A DNA stretch of 63,941 bases, the filler included, from Candidatus Omnitrophota bacterium (lineage in GTDB: Bacteria > Omnitrophota > Gorgyraeia > Zapsychrales > Zapsychraceae): NCBI GenBank assembly GCA_015233495.1. It is 4 parts of 4 records of this genome, joined end to end, with 100 filler letters (N's around TTAATTAATTAA, not from the genome) between each part and the next. Parts side by side here need not be neighbours in the genome. Positions count along the whole stretch, not along the records: positions 1 to 20,162 come from JADFXQ010000034.1; 3 more parts are not named here. One strand, 5' to 3'. How positions within the stretch are numbered: the first letter of the stretch is position 1; the number at the start of each line of letters is the position of its first letter. Position numbers and translations under genes: made by a program. Positions 1-9,662 of this stretch are shown here, piece by piece. Under the pieces are notes generated by a model. That model had not been told where the DNA came from. It ran no database searches and was given only the letters and a program-made list of their open reading frames with translations.

Positions 1-1
1 T

Positions 2-514
2 TTGCAGTAAGGCGTCTTGTTCGTATTGCGACAATTTATCCTGAGTCAGGTGGATGGGATTGCCTTCGCGGAACGCCGCGGCCAATACATTGTTGGATTC
101 CGCTTTAAGCGGGATTTTGATATTTTTTACGGCGCGAAATAAAGACGATTCCGTGGCGTTTTTAGTGATTTTATCTTCTTCGATCAGATCTTCGATATGT
201 TTTGTGGAAGTTGTGACATATTCCCAGATTTTTTGCGCGTGTTCGCCGGAATCCGGGCCAATGGCCATGCGCGGCTCCAGACAGCGTTCTACCGGGTTGA
301 CGAGAAAGAGGATTGCCCGGTTAAAGCCGAGACCGGTATGCGAAGTCACGCCCGTCAGAATGGTGTAAAGGATGGTGTTCAATTCCAAAGTGGACCGCAT
401 CGCGTTGCTGATTTCATAAAGAATCGCCAGTTCACGCTGGGTCCGCTCGAGATTTTCTTGCAGTTTCGAAACGTCAATTTTGTTTTTCGGCTCAATTTCT
501 AATGAGGGATCCAT
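2..514 (-). CDS. GAF-domain signalling protein, N-terminal part (runs off window; possibly a diguanylate cyclase or kinase)
   Basis: Not in ORF track. Manual translation from ATG at 514: MDPSLEIEPKNKIDVSKLQENLERTQRELAILYEISNAMRSTLELNTILYTILTGVTSHTGLGFNRAILFLVN..., a coiled coil followed by a GAF-like GLGFNRAxLFL motif. Confidence 0.7.
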   Translation of the reverse strand, partial: MDPSLEIEPKNKIDVSKLQENLERTQRELAILYEISNAMRSTLELNTILYTILTGVTSHTGLGFNRAILFLVNPVERCLEPRMAIGPDSGEHAQKIWEYVTTSTKHIEDLIEEDKITKNATESSLFRAVKNIKIPLKAESNNVLAAAFREGNPIHLTQDKLSQYEQDALLQ

Positions 515-718
515 AATAAAAGTCCTTTTGTCCCGCGAGAAGTCACCGGGTTGATTCTGAGGCGGGAAATGTATAATGGGAAAGATAACATTTCTAAGCA
601 GAGATGTCAAGTTGAGCTGCGAAAAACGCGTTTCCGGCAAATTTATAACAGTTGTAAAACAAATTATATCAAATGTTTAGAAGAGCTTTGGCCTGAAAAT
701 TCGCGTGGTTTAGCTTTC

Positions 719-747
719 TTGACACTCCCTGGACCCTATGATATACT
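719..747 (+). promoter_or_regulatory. Sigma70 promoter for cvpA-dnaG-rpoD
   Basis: TTGACA-17 nt-TATACT with extended -10 TG. Confidence 0.7.
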
Positions 748-825
748 TCTTAACTCTCAAGAGATAAAATGTTAATATTAGGAATCAGCGTCTCAATTAA
801 GGGATATTCGAATCGCACCTCTGGC

Positions 826-1392
826 ATGATTTCAATCAATTGGGTCGACCTTTTCATGCTTTGTATTGTTGCCCGGGTAGTGTTAGTCGGGCTGACCACG
901 GGTTTTGTCCCGGGGCTTTTTTATTTTTTGGGGATCCTTTCAGCTAATTTTTTTGCTTTTCATTATTATACCGCTTTCGGAGCTGTCGCGGCAAAATTTT
1001 TGCGAATGTCTGTTCCGCTCGCCGATTTGCTGGCTTTTGTCGGCTTGACGGCAATCCCCATCGGGATTTTCGTTTTTGTCCGTTCCGGTTGTCAGATTTT
1101 ATTCAAGGTGGATGCTAAATCGTTTGTTGACCGTTGGGGAGGATTTGGACTTTCGTTGTTAAGCGCCTATTTGATTTGCGGGTTGATTTTTTTTGGATTG
1201 GCGGTTTCCAAAAACACGGTTGTTCGGAAGCAATTGAACGGATCATTTAGTCGATATTTGTTTAAAAAAAGCGGGCCGCGCGTTTATCAAATGTCTTATA
1301 AAGGCGTGATCAAACCTTTGTTCCCGAATGAGCCGTTCAATGCCAGCGTTTTGAAATTTGAGGCCGCCGCATCCGGAAAATCCGGTAGTTGA
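826..1392 (+). CDS. cvpA: CvpA family membrane protein
   Basis: NWVDLF... start, G..GF motif, DRWGG motif, hydrophobic helices; ATG at 826 preferred over 769. Confidence 0.75.
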   Translation: MISINWVDLFMLCIVARVVLVGLTTGFVPGLFYFLGILSANFFAFHYYTAFGAVAAKFLRMSVPLADLLAFVGLTAIPIGIFVFVRSGCQILFKVDAKSFVDRWGGFGLSLLSAYLICGLIFFGLAVSKNTVVRKQLNGSFSRYLFKKSGPRVYQMSYKGVIKPLFPNEPFNASVLKFEAAASGKSGS

Positions 1393-1431
1393 GACCGGGA
1401 TTGAGTCGGCAAGAGCGGCCGGGAGTTTTGT

Positions 1432-3222
1432 ATGCCTTTGATTCCGGAAGAGGTTATTCAGCAGGTGATTGACCGCTGCGATGTGGTGGAGACCATCGGC
1501 GCCTATATTCCGTTAAAACGGGCCGGCCGCAGTTTTAAAGCCTGCTGTCCGTTTCATCAGGAAAAAACGCCGTCTTTTGTGGTGACTCCCGCGAAACAAA
1601 TTTTTCATTGTTTCGGTTGCGGCGTCGGGGGCAATGTGATTTCGTTTGTCATGAAATTTGAACGCTTGGAGTTTGCCGAAGCGCTGCGCGCGCTTGCGCA
1701 GAAAAACGGGATCGTAATCCCGCAAGACACTTTGCCCCGGACGCAAACGGTTGATGATCGGCAGGACATTTTTCGCGTCAATCAGTTGGCAGCGGATTTT
1801 TTTCATAAGGTTTTGCTTTCCGGTTCGCACCCGGCATGCGTGAAGGCCAGACAATATTTGCAAGACCGCGGCGTGAATGAGGCGGCGATCGCGCAATTTC
1901 ATTTGGGATTTTCGCCGGATCAATGGGATGGCTTGACCTCGCATCTGCAGGCGCAAAAGATCCCGCTGGTTTTGATGGAAAAAGCCGGATTGATTATTCC
2001 CCGGGATAACGGCAGTGGATATTATGATCGGTTTCGCAACCGGATTATGTTTCCGATTTATGACGGGCAAACCCATTGCCGCGCTTTTGGCGGACGGGCC
2101 TTGGAATCCAGCACGGCCAAATATATCAATTCGCCGGAAACCAATGTCTACACTAAAGGCCACCATCTTTATGGATTTGACCTGGCCAAACGGTCGATCA
2201 TTGACAAGGATCAAGTGATCATTGTCGAGGGGTATATGGATTGTCTGATCCCGTTTCAGGCGGGCGTGACCCAGGTGGTCGCGTCTTTAGGCACCGCGTT
2301 AACAGTGGAACAGATCCGTTTGATCCGGCGATATACTCGGCAGATGGTGTTTTTGTATGACATGGACAACGCCGGCGAAGCCGCGATGGTGCGCAGTTTG
2401 GATATGCTGGTGGAAGAAGGGATGAACGTCCGGGTCGCGCGTTTGAGCGATGGCGAAGATCCGGATTCCTATGTGCGGCGTTTTGGAGTCGAGGCTTTTC
2501 AGCAGCGGATTAAGGAAGCGGAAACATTATTCGCCTACAAATGGCGGTATCTGGGCCGGCATATCGATACAACGAAAATCGAAGGCAAGGCCAAAATCAT
2601 TGCCGAGATGCTCGGCATAGTCGGCCGATTTGAAAATTTGGTGATCCAGGCGGATTGTCTGCGCCAGTTGAGCCAGGCCTATGGCGTCAGCGAAGACATC
2701 CTGCGCCAAGAGATGCGCAAAGGCCGGGACGCGGATTGGGCCGGCCGGCTGCGCCGGGAACCGTCCAGCGTTGGGCCCGTCGCGGTCCATACCCGGTCGT
2801 TAGAAATGGATATTTTAAAGCTGCTCTTGGACGCGGAGGAATTGATTGCCGCGACCAAACGGGAATTATCGCCGGCGGATTTTGATGAGCCGCAGATCCG
2901 GGCGATCATTCAACAGATTTACGTTTTGCATGACCGGGGAGAGTCGGTCACTCCGGGGAGTTTGATCAACGCGTTCGCGGATTTGACCGCGCGGCAGTTG
3001 ATCAGCGCGCTCGCGGCGCGCGATGACGGACAAGCCGCGGATACAGTCAGAATGCACGGGGATTATATGCGGCAGATGAAACTGCGCCGAGTGAAAATGA
3101 AGCGCGAACATTTGTTGGCCAAGATTAAAGAGGCGGAACATTTAGGCGACAACCATACACTGGGTAATTTAATGCAGGAATTTAACCAATTGATAAAAGT
3201 TTCGGATAAAGGATCGACATGA
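1432..3222 (+). CDS. dnaG: DNA primase
   Basis: [11 protein letters not shown] zinc finger, [31 protein letters not shown] motif. Confidence 0.98.
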   Translation: MPLIPEEVIQQVIDRCDVVETIGAYIPLKRAGRSFKACCPFHQEKTPSFVVTPAKQIFHCFGCGVGGNVISFVMKFERLEFAEALRALAQKNGIVIPQDTLPRTQTVDDRQDIFRVNQLAADFFHKVLLSGSHPACVKARQYLQDRGVNEAAIAQFHLGFSPDQWDGLTSHLQAQKIPLVLMEKAGLIIPRDNGSGYYDRFRNRIMFPIYDGQTHCRAFGGRALESSTAKYINSPETNVYTKGHHLYGFDLAKRSIIDKDQVIIVEGYMDCLIPFQAGVTQVVASLGTALTVEQIRLIRRYTRQMVFLYDMDNAGEAAMVRSLDMLVEEGMNVRVARLSDGEDPDSYVRRFGVEAFQQRIKEAETLFAYKWRYLGRHIDTTKIEGKAKIIAEMLGIVGRFENLVIQADCLRQLSQAYGVSEDILRQEMRKGRDADWAGRLRREPSSVGPVAVHTRSLEMDILKLLLDAEELIAATKRELSPADFDEPQIRAIIQQIYVLHDRGESVTPGSLINAFADLTARQLISALAARDDGQAADTVRMHGDYMRQMKLRRVKMKREHLLAKIKEAEHLGDNHTLGNLMQEFNQLIKVSDKGST

Positions 3223-4835
3223 AAGAACCCCTAAAAAAAGAATTGCCTAAAAAAGACAACCCTAAAAAAGAAGATATCCGGCAAGACATTGACAAACTCG
3301 TCGAACTGGGCAAGAAAAAAGGTTTCTTGACGTATGACGAAGTGAACGAGGTCCTTTCCGAGTCCGTAGAATCCTCGGAAGAAATCGACAAGGTTTTTGA
3401 TATCCTCGACGGAAAAGATATCAAGATCATCGAGTCGGATGAAGAAGAGGACGTGGAAAAAATCGACGAGGAATCCCGCGAACAGGAGATCCGCCGGTTG
3501 CGGGAAGAAAGCCGGGAGGACGATGTCTACTCGGACAAATTTATTCCCTTGGATGACCCGGTGAAGATGTATTTGAAGCAGATGGGATCGATCCCCTTGT
3601 TATCGCGGGAAAAAGAGATTGAATTGGCCAAACGTATCGAAGAGGCGGAAACGCGTTTCGCGGAAGCGCTTTATAAAACGGCTTTTGCCCGCAAAGCGGC
3701 TTTGGAGGCGATCGGAAAAATTCTCAAGGAAGAGACCAATCCGGAAGATATCATTAAGGACGAATTGGAGCGCCGCTCGAAATTGATGGCGGATTTAAAA
3801 AAGATCAAGGAAGAAGTGGGGCACACGAAAGCCGGTTCGGAAAAATCCGCGGAATTATTGGCAAAATTCAAATTGACCGCCAGTTTTAATGAACACATTG
3901 TCGACCAGGTATTAGAGATTATCCACCGCGTTGAACGTTTGGACCGCGTCTTGCACGCGAAACGGAAGCCGGATAATTATAAAGATCTCAAAGAGGAACA
4001 GGCCAATTTGGAAAAAAATCTCGGCCAGCCGATCGGTGAAGTTAAAACCGTTTTGATGGATATTAAGACCCGGCAGTCGAAATTTAACAAAGCGAAAAAA
4101 TTATTGGTCGAAGCCAATCTCCGGCTGGTGGTCAGCATCGCCAAAAAATACATTAACCGGGGATTATCGTTTTTGGATTTGATCCAAGAAGGCAATATCG
4201 GGTTGATCCGCGCGGTAGAGAAATTTGAATATCAGCGGGGGTATAAATTTTCCACCTATGCCACTTGGTGGATCCGCCAGGCTATTACCCGGTCGATCGC
4301 GGACCAGGCGCGGACAATCCGTATACCGGTTCACATGACGGAAACGATCAATAAAATTATCCGGGTCTCGCGGATGTTTGTGCAGGAATACGGCCGTGAA
4401 CCGTCGCCGCAGGAGATCGCCAAACAAATGCGGATTTCCGTGTCAAAAGTTAAGGAAATTTTGAAAATTTCCCAGGTGCCGATTTCTTTGCAGACGCCGA
4501 TCGGCGATGAGGGGGACACGCATTTCGGGGATTTTATCGAAGATAAAAAAGCGGTTTCGCCCGCAAACGCGACTTTGCAATCTATGTTGAAAGATGAAAT
4601 TCACCATGTTTTGCAGACCCTGGATGAACGGGAACGAAAAATTTTGGAACTGCGTTTTGGGATTTTTGACGGGACAACCCGCACGCTCGAAGAGGTCGGG
4701 GCGGAATTTAATGTCACGCGGGAACGCGTCCGGCAGATTGAGTCAAAGGCCCTGAGGAAGCTGCGGCATCCGACGCGGTCGCGGCGGATCAAACAGTTTT
4801 TGGATATGGCGGCGAAAGAAGACGAGATCATTTAA
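3219..4835 (+). CDS. rpoD: RNA polymerase sigma factor RpoD
   Basis: [44 protein letters not shown]; follows dnaG. Confidence 0.98.
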   Translation: MKEPLKKELPKKDNPKKEDIRQDIDKLVELGKKKGFLTYDEVNEVLSESVESSEEIDKVFDILDGKDIKIIESDEEEDVEKIDEESREQEIRRLREESREDDVYSDKFIPLDDPVKMYLKQMGSIPLLSREKEIELAKRIEEAETRFAEALYKTAFARKAALEAIGKILKEETNPEDIIKDELERRSKLMADLKKIKEEVGHTKAGSEKSAELLAKFKLTASFNEHIVDQVLEIIHRVERLDRVLHAKRKPDNYKDLKEEQANLEKNLGQPIGEVKTVLMDIKTRQSKFNKAKKLLVEANLRLVVSIAKKYINRGLSFLDLIQEGNIGLIRAVEKFEYQRGYKFSTYATWWIRQAITRSIADQARTIRIPVHMTETINKIIRVSRMFVQEYGREPSPQEIAKQMRISVSKVKEILKISQVPISLQTPIGDEGDTHFGDFIEDKKAVSPANATLQSMLKDEIHHVLQTLDERERKILELRFGIFDGTTRTLEEVGAEFNVTRERVRQIESKALRKLRHPTRSRRIKQFLDMAAKEDEII

Positions 4836-5383
4836 TGAAATCGGTTGTTTGGTTTTTTATTTTTTTGAAAAAAAGCCTGCCGCGATGCGCGCGGGCTTTT
4901 TTTCTTCTGAATTTGCTTCTGTGGTGTTTAGGTTGCGGCGCTGCGAGTTTTGCCCAGGAACAGCCGGCAGCTCCGACGGACGTGGCGCGGACTCCCCGGG
5001 AAAACGAGTCTCCGGGGGCCGTGCCCATGACCTTGACATTAAAAGCCGATAAGGAGGCTTTTTACACCGGAGAACCGATACTTTTTGAAGTTGGGTTGAA
5101 AAATACATCCCGGCAAACCTGGCGGGTCAAAGATTTGACGAATCAAACTATGTATTGTCTTTATGATCAAGAGCCATGGGGAGCGCAGCAGATTGGGGGA
5201 GCGGATTTTGATAGTGTGCCATTGATTGAGCTGCCTCCAGGTCAAGCTCTGGTAAAAAAATTTTTGGGCGCGGCGTTCCCGCAGCCGCGGGAAGTGGAAA
5301 TTTTTTGTTCCTATTCTTTGACTTTTAAAGGCGTGAATCCCCAGAATGTTTTGCGGATCAAAATAGTTCCCAAGCCGGGATAA
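4835..5383 (+). CDS. Hypothetical exported protein (beta-rich domain)
   Basis: 182-aa ORF coupled to the rpoD stop, signal-peptide-like N-terminus (ASFA/QE); true start uncertain. Confidence 0.55.
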   Translation: MKSVVWFFIFLKKSLPRCARAFFLLNLLLWCLGCGAASFAQEQPAAPTDVARTPRENESPGAVPMTLTLKADKEAFYTGEPILFEVGLKNTSRQTWRVKDLTNQTMYCLYDQEPWGAQQIGGADFDSVPLIELPPGQALVKKFLGAAFPQPREVEIFCSYSLTFKGVNPQNVLRIKIVPKPG

Positions 5384-5492
5384 GGGATTCGTTTAAAATT
5401 GTTTGAAAAACTTCCGGGAGTATGATATTCTAAAAGCCAATTTTTTTGCGGCCTAATATTCGCGTCGACGGATATATGTTGATATAACTATT

Positions 5493-5566
5493 GGGCCCAT
5501 AGCTCAGACGGTTAGAGCAGGTGACTCATAATCACTTGGTCCGGGGTTCGATTCCCTGTGGGCCCA
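5493..5566 (+). tRNA. tRNA with CAT anticodon (probably Ile2/lysidine; Met possible)
   Basis: Cloverleaf GGGCCCA...TGGGCCC-A, anticodon loop CTCATAA, T-loop GTTCGATTC. Confidence 0.9.
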
Positions 5567-5692
5567 TGAATTTCGCCAAAGGCGAAATGCATAGAGCAAT
5601 CGAAAATCGATATTCGAAATTAGAAAAAGCGCCTTATTCGATTGCGGTCAAATTTTGATTCACGATTTTCAGGTTTTGAGGTCAATTTCAAA

Positions 5693-5766
5693 GGGCGCAT
5701 AGCTCAGTTGGTTAGAGCGCAGCGTTCACATCGCTGAGGTCGAAGGTTCGAGCCCTTCTGTGCCCA
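5693..5766 (+). tRNA. tRNA-Val(CAC)
   Basis: GGGCGCA...TGTGCCC-A, anticodon stem CAGCG/CGCTG with loop TTCACAT. Confidence 0.93.
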
Positions 5767-6023
5767 TGAATATTGAATAAGTGGAAAGTTGAGTTACAGT
5801 CGGAAAGATCGAAGGGATCGAACCTCAGGGAGTGTGAGGGAAGAATTCCCTCACGTTTTTGGGGTAACAGGGAGCGAAGCGACCGCCATAGGGGCGAAGC
5901 CCCTTGGAGAGGCCGCCCGCAGGGCGTGCCGAGTTCGAGCCCTTCTGTGCCCATGAATATTGAATAAGTGGAAAGTTGAGTTACAGTCGGAAAGATCGAA
6001 GGGATCGAACCTCAGGGAGTGTG
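5746..6023 (+). repeat. tRNA-Val-linked repeat element: 91-bp direct repeats (5746-5836, 5933-6023) around a hairpin-rich core
   Basis: Exact duplication beginning in the tRNA T-loop, 187-bp period. Confidence 0.9.
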
Positions 6024-6086
6024 TTCGAATCTCAAGTTGCAGAATAACGATAATAATCGATTAATGTATTCAAGAAAGAGGTTTCA

Positions 6087-6812
6087 GTGCCTGATGTTAG
6101 CGTAATTGAATTGATCCGCCAGTTGGTCGCTCTGCAAAATATCGATGCCGATTATTATGTTTTGAAGGAACAATTAGACGAAAAACCGGCGCGGCTGGCC
6201 CAGATAACCCAAGAGTTTGATAAGAAGAAAGTAAATCTTCACGCGCAGGAAGAAAAATTGAAAACCGCGCTGTTGACACGTAAACAGGTTGAATTGGATT
6301 TAAAGGCGAAAGAAGACGCTTTAGCGAAAAGTAATGCGCAGTTATCGCTATTAAAAACCAACAAAGAATATACCGCTAAAATTGGCGAAATCGAGGGCTT
6401 GAAAGCGGATCAATCCCAGTTGGAAGAAAAAGTTTTGGTTTCTTTTGAGGAGATTGATAAAGTTACTGCGGAAGTAAATAAAGAAAAAACCGCGTTGGTA
6501 GATGATGAAAAACAATATTTGGATGCGAAAGCGCAGATCGAAAAGGACATCGAAGAGATTAAAGGAAAGATGGCGGCTATCGAAGGTCAACGTAAACAAT
6601 TGCTTCCCGGGATAGACGCCAAACATTTGCGCCGGTATGAACGGATTTTAGAGAACAAAGGCGGGTTGGCCATTGCGCCGGTTCGCAATATGGCTTGCGG
6701 CGGTTGTTTTATGAATATCACGGCGCAGACATTAGATAAATTGCGGATGGCAACGGAATTGATTGAATGCGGGATTTGTTCGCGGATTTTATATCTTGAG
6801 GATTCGCTTTGA
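6087..6812 (+). CDS. C4-type zinc ribbon coiled-coil protein (DUF164 type)
   Basis: Long coiled coil, C-terminal CGGC...CGICSRILY; usual position before rnhA/rnpB. Confidence 0.88.
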   Translation: MPDVSVIELIRQLVALQNIDADYYVLKEQLDEKPARLAQITQEFDKKKVNLHAQEEKLKTALLTRKQVELDLKAKEDALAKSNAQLSLLKTNKEYTAKIGEIEGLKADQSQLEEKVLVSFEEIDKVTAEVNKEKTALVDDEKQYLDAKAQIEKDIEEIKGKMAAIEGQRKQLLPGIDAKHLRRYERILENKGGLAIAPVRNMACGGCFMNITAQTLDKLRMATELIECGICSRILYLEDSL

Positions 6813-7273
6813 GCGGAAGAATAGAATTGTTTGTCGACGGAGCTTGCCGCGGCAATCCCGGGCCGGCGGGTATCGGGGTGGTCTTGAAACGCGACGGTCA
6901 GGTGGTCAAAGAAATTAGTCAGCCGATCGGTGAAGCGACAAATAATATCGCGGAATATTCCGCGTTGATCCGGGGTTTGCAGGAAGCGCTGGCGGACGGA
7001 TTTAGGGAAATTGAGGCGTACACGGACAGCGAATTGCTGCATCGGCAGATTATTGGCCGGTATCAGATTAAAAATGAGAAATTGGTATTTTTGCACAGTC
7101 AAGCAGCAACCCTGATCCGCGGATTTAAAAAATTTCAAATTCAACACGTGCCGCGCGAGCGTAACCGCGAAGCGGATCGTCTGGCGAGCGGAGCGGTTAA
7201 AAATAAATCAACCCCGGCGGTTGCCGTTTTGTTTGATCACAAAGCGGAGGAAAGTCCGAGCTCCAGAGAATAG
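6809..7273 (+). CDS. rnhA: Ribonuclease HI family protein
   Basis: DGACRGNPGPAG, TNNIAEY, DSELL, HVPRERNREADRLA. Confidence 0.92.
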   Translation: MSGRIELFVDGACRGNPGPAGIGVVLKRDGQVVKEISQPIGEATNNIAEYSALIRGLQEALADGFREIEAYTDSELLHRQIIGRYQIKNEKLVFLHSQAATLIRGFKKFQIQHVPRERNREADRLASGAVKNKSTPAVAVLFDHKAEESPSSRE

Positions 7274-7520
7274 CGCGTCCCGGTAACGCGGGAACCGTAT
7301 TATTACGGTGATTAGAGCCACAGAGACGAGAAAAGTGAAACGGGTAATCTCCGCGCGGAGAAAGGCCAAATAGGGGAAGAAGGGCAAATGTCCTACGGGT
7401 TGTATTCGGCCCGTCATATTTCCGGGTAGGCCGCAAGAGTTGAGAGAGCAATCTCTCAAGTGAGTGGAATAGCCGCCCTCGACTTTGTCGGGAACAGAAC
7501 TCGGCTTACGGGGTGTTTTT
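7205..7520 (+). ncRNA. rnpB: RNase P RNA (type A)
   Basis: GAGGAAAGTCCGAGCTCC, AGAGCCACAGAGA, GTGAAACGGGTAATCTCCGC, ACAGAACTCGGCTTA; ends approximate. Confidence 0.93.
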
Positions 7521-7608
7521 CGGGATACAGTATATGGTATACGGGATACGGTAAAAAATTTTACCGTATCCCGTATACCGCATACCGTATACCGCATACC
7601 GTATACCA
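7521..7608. repeat. Palindromic heptamer-repeat element (CGTATAC/CGCATAC units)
   Basis: GGTATACGGGATACGGTAAAA...TTTTACCGTATCCCGTATACC plus tandem 7-mers; related copy at 24131-24263. Confidence 0.8.
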
Positions 7609-7632
7609 TCAAAACTCAATCGGAGGAGTGTC

Positions 7633-8385
7633 ATGTCAGGTCATAGTAAATGGGCAAAGATCAAGCATAAAAAAGGCGCGACCGACGCCAAACGCGGCGC
7701 GGCTTTTACGAAGGTTATTCGGGAAATCACTTCCTGCGCCAAGGCGGGCGGGGGGAACCCGGAAACCAACGTCGCTTTGCGCGCCGCGATTCAGCGGGCC
7801 AAAGGCATTAATATGCAGTCTTCGAATATCGAAAACGCGATTAAAAAAGGGACCGGCGAACTTCCCGGCGTGGTTTATGAAGATTTTTCGTTTGACGCGT
7901 ATGGCCCGGGCGGCATCGCGATGATTATCGTTGGATTGACCGACAATAAAAACCGGACTACCGCCGAGATCCGCAATGTCTTGAGCAAAAAAGGCGGCAA
8001 TTTGGCTTCACCCGGCAGTACGTCTTATTTATTCGCGAAGAAAGGATTTATCTCGATTGAAAAGGATAAGACTACGGAAGATGATTTGATGACCATCGCC
8101 TTGGACGCTGGCGCCGAAGACATCAAATTGGAAGGGAATTATTTCGAAGTCACGAGCGGTCCGGCGGATTTTGAAAAGGTCAAAGGAGCCATAAAGGCTA
8201 AAAATATACCCACCGTTACCGAAGAAGTGACGATGATCCCGAGTACTACGATGCGCGTTGGCGGTTCGGAAGCAAAGCAATTGTTAGGTTTGATGGAGGC
8301 TTTGGAAGACCAAGAGGATGTGCAAAACGTGTACGCGAATTTCGATATTCCTGATGAAGAGATGGAAAAGCTGCAGCAGGAATAG
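7633..8385 (+). CDS. yebC: YebC/PmpR family protein
   Basis: MSGHSKWAKIKHKKG, YGPGG, TDNKNRT, DVQNVYAN. Confidence 0.96.
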   Translation: MSGHSKWAKIKHKKGATDAKRGAAFTKVIREITSCAKAGGGNPETNVALRAAIQRAKGINMQSSNIENAIKKGTGELPGVVYEDFSFDAYGPGGIAMIIVGLTDNKNRTTAEIRNVLSKKGGNLASPGSTSYLFAKKGFISIEKDKTTEDDLMTIALDAGAEDIKLEGNYFEVTSGPADFEKVKGAIKAKNIPTVTEEVTMIPSTTMRVGGSEAKQLLGLMEALEDQEDVQNVYANFDIPDEEMEKLQQE

Positions 8386-8453
8386 TCGGAGGTTCACGGG
8401 AAAATCGCGGTATTCTTCGTCGATGAGTGGGAAACATTTACCCCCTTGCCGCG

Positions 8454-9011
8454 ATGAGAGTGCTTGGCATAGATCCTGGACTTAAGGCCACCGGTTATGG
8501 TTTGATCGATATCTACGGGAATGATTGCCGGCTGATTGAAACCGGCACGATCATCACCTCCGCGGACGATTCTCTGCAAAATCGCATCGGTAAAATTTAT
8601 CGTTTGCTCGCCGAGTTTATTTCCGAATTTCAGCCGCAAATTCTCGTTTTAGAAAAACTTTACGCGCATACCTTGCATCCGATGACCGCGAGTGTATTGG
8701 GTCATGTCCGCGGCGTGATTTGTTTGTTGTGTTCTCAAAAAAATATCGGGTTAGTGGAATACAGCCCGAAGCGGATCCGCCAGGCGATTACCGGCAACGG
8801 CAACGCGGCCAAGACCCAGGTCAAACGCTTGGTTGGGCATATGTTGGGGATTGATGAAGCGAAGTTGACGTTGGATGCCGGTGATGCGTTGGCCTTGGCG
8901 TTGGGATATAAATTCATGACCTCATTCCCCTCCCCCGCGAAGCGCGGGGAGGGGCAGGGGAGGGGGGCAGACGTTGGAAGGTCTGCCATGCAGAGTAAGG
9001 AACAGGTATGA
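8454..9011 (+). CDS. ruvC: Holliday junction resolvase RuvC
   Basis: VLGIDPGLKATGYG, GHVRGV, TGNGNAAKTQV, DALALA; C-terminus extended by a repeat. Confidence 0.93.
   Translation: MRVLGIDPGLKATGYGLIDIYGNDCRLIETGTIITSADDSLQNRIGKIYRLLAEFISEFQPQILVLEKLYAHTLHPMTASVLGHVRGVICLLCSQKNIGLVEYSPKRIRQAITGNGNAAKTQVKRLVGHMLGIDEAKLTLDAGDALALALGYKFMTSFPSPAKRGEGQGRGADVGRSAMQSKEQV
8926..8967 (+). repeat. CCCCTCCCC...GGGGAGGGG palindromic REP-like element inside the ruvC 3' end
   Basis: Near-identical to 21161-21202. Confidence 0.8.
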
Positions 9012-9649
9012 TCAGCCGGATCCGCGGAAAATTAGTCGAGAAAAAAGATTTTGCCGCTTTGGTAGATGTCAACGGCATGGTTTATGAAATCGCGGTCCCG
9101 GTGGCTATCTTACAGCGTCTGGATGAAATGCTTGGTCCGGAGGGCCATATAACGCTCGAGACATATCATTATTGGCAATTGACTCCTTCGAGCGGCACCC
9201 CGGTTTTGATCGGATTTTCCAATGCGGTGGAACGGGATTTTTTTCTGCAATTCATTTCCGTGTCCGGAATCGGCCCCAAGGCCGCGGTCAAGGCGATCAA
9301 TAAATCTATCGCCGAGATTGCCAAGGCGATTGATCAAGGTGATCTGGGTTATTTAAAAACTCTGCCCGGTATCGGCGCCCAGCGCGCCAAGGAGATCGTA
9401 GCCAAATTGCAGGGTAAGGTTGGCAAATTCGGGTTGATTCAGGACCACGGGAAAAAAATCAATCCCGCGACAGCTCCGATCACGATCGACTGGCAAGCCG
9501 AGGCCCTGGAAGTCCTGTTGCAATTGCAATACAAAAGGCCGGAAGCCGCGGACATGATCGCCAAGGCCGTAGAACGCCGCAAAGATATTCAGACCGCGGA
9601 AGAATTGTTAAACGAGATTTATAAGCAGCGGATTAAGGGGCAGGGTTGA
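9008..9649 (+). CDS. ruvA: Holliday junction branch migration protein RuvA
   Basis: MISRIRG, VSGIGPK and PGIG HhH motifs. Confidence 0.93.
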   Translation: MISRIRGKLVEKKDFAALVDVNGMVYEIAVPVAILQRLDEMLGPEGHITLETYHYWQLTPSSGTPVLIGFSNAVERDFFLQFISVSGIGPKAAVKAINKSIAEIAKAIDQGDLGYLKTLPGIGAQRAKEIVAKLQGKVGKFGLIQDHGKKINPATAPITIDWQAEALEVLLQLQYKRPEAADMIAKAVERRKDIQTAEELLNEIYKQRIKGQG

Positions 9650-9662
9650 GGGAGGAAAATTT

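Noticed and set aside
54..775. Plus-strand ORFs 54-368, 197-502 and 551-775
   Set aside because: The first two are antisense to the GAF-domain gene; the third spans the divergent promoter region.
5712..5967. ORFs over the tRNA-linked elements (also 27303-27611 and 58545-59002)
   Set aside because: They overlap tRNAs and GC-rich hairpins on both strands with no protein motifs; their similarity reflects the DNA repeat.
5746..6023. CRISPR array or prophage att sites at the tRNA duplications
   Set aside because: Only two units per locus, repeats are tRNA-derived, and there are no cas, integrase or phage genes.
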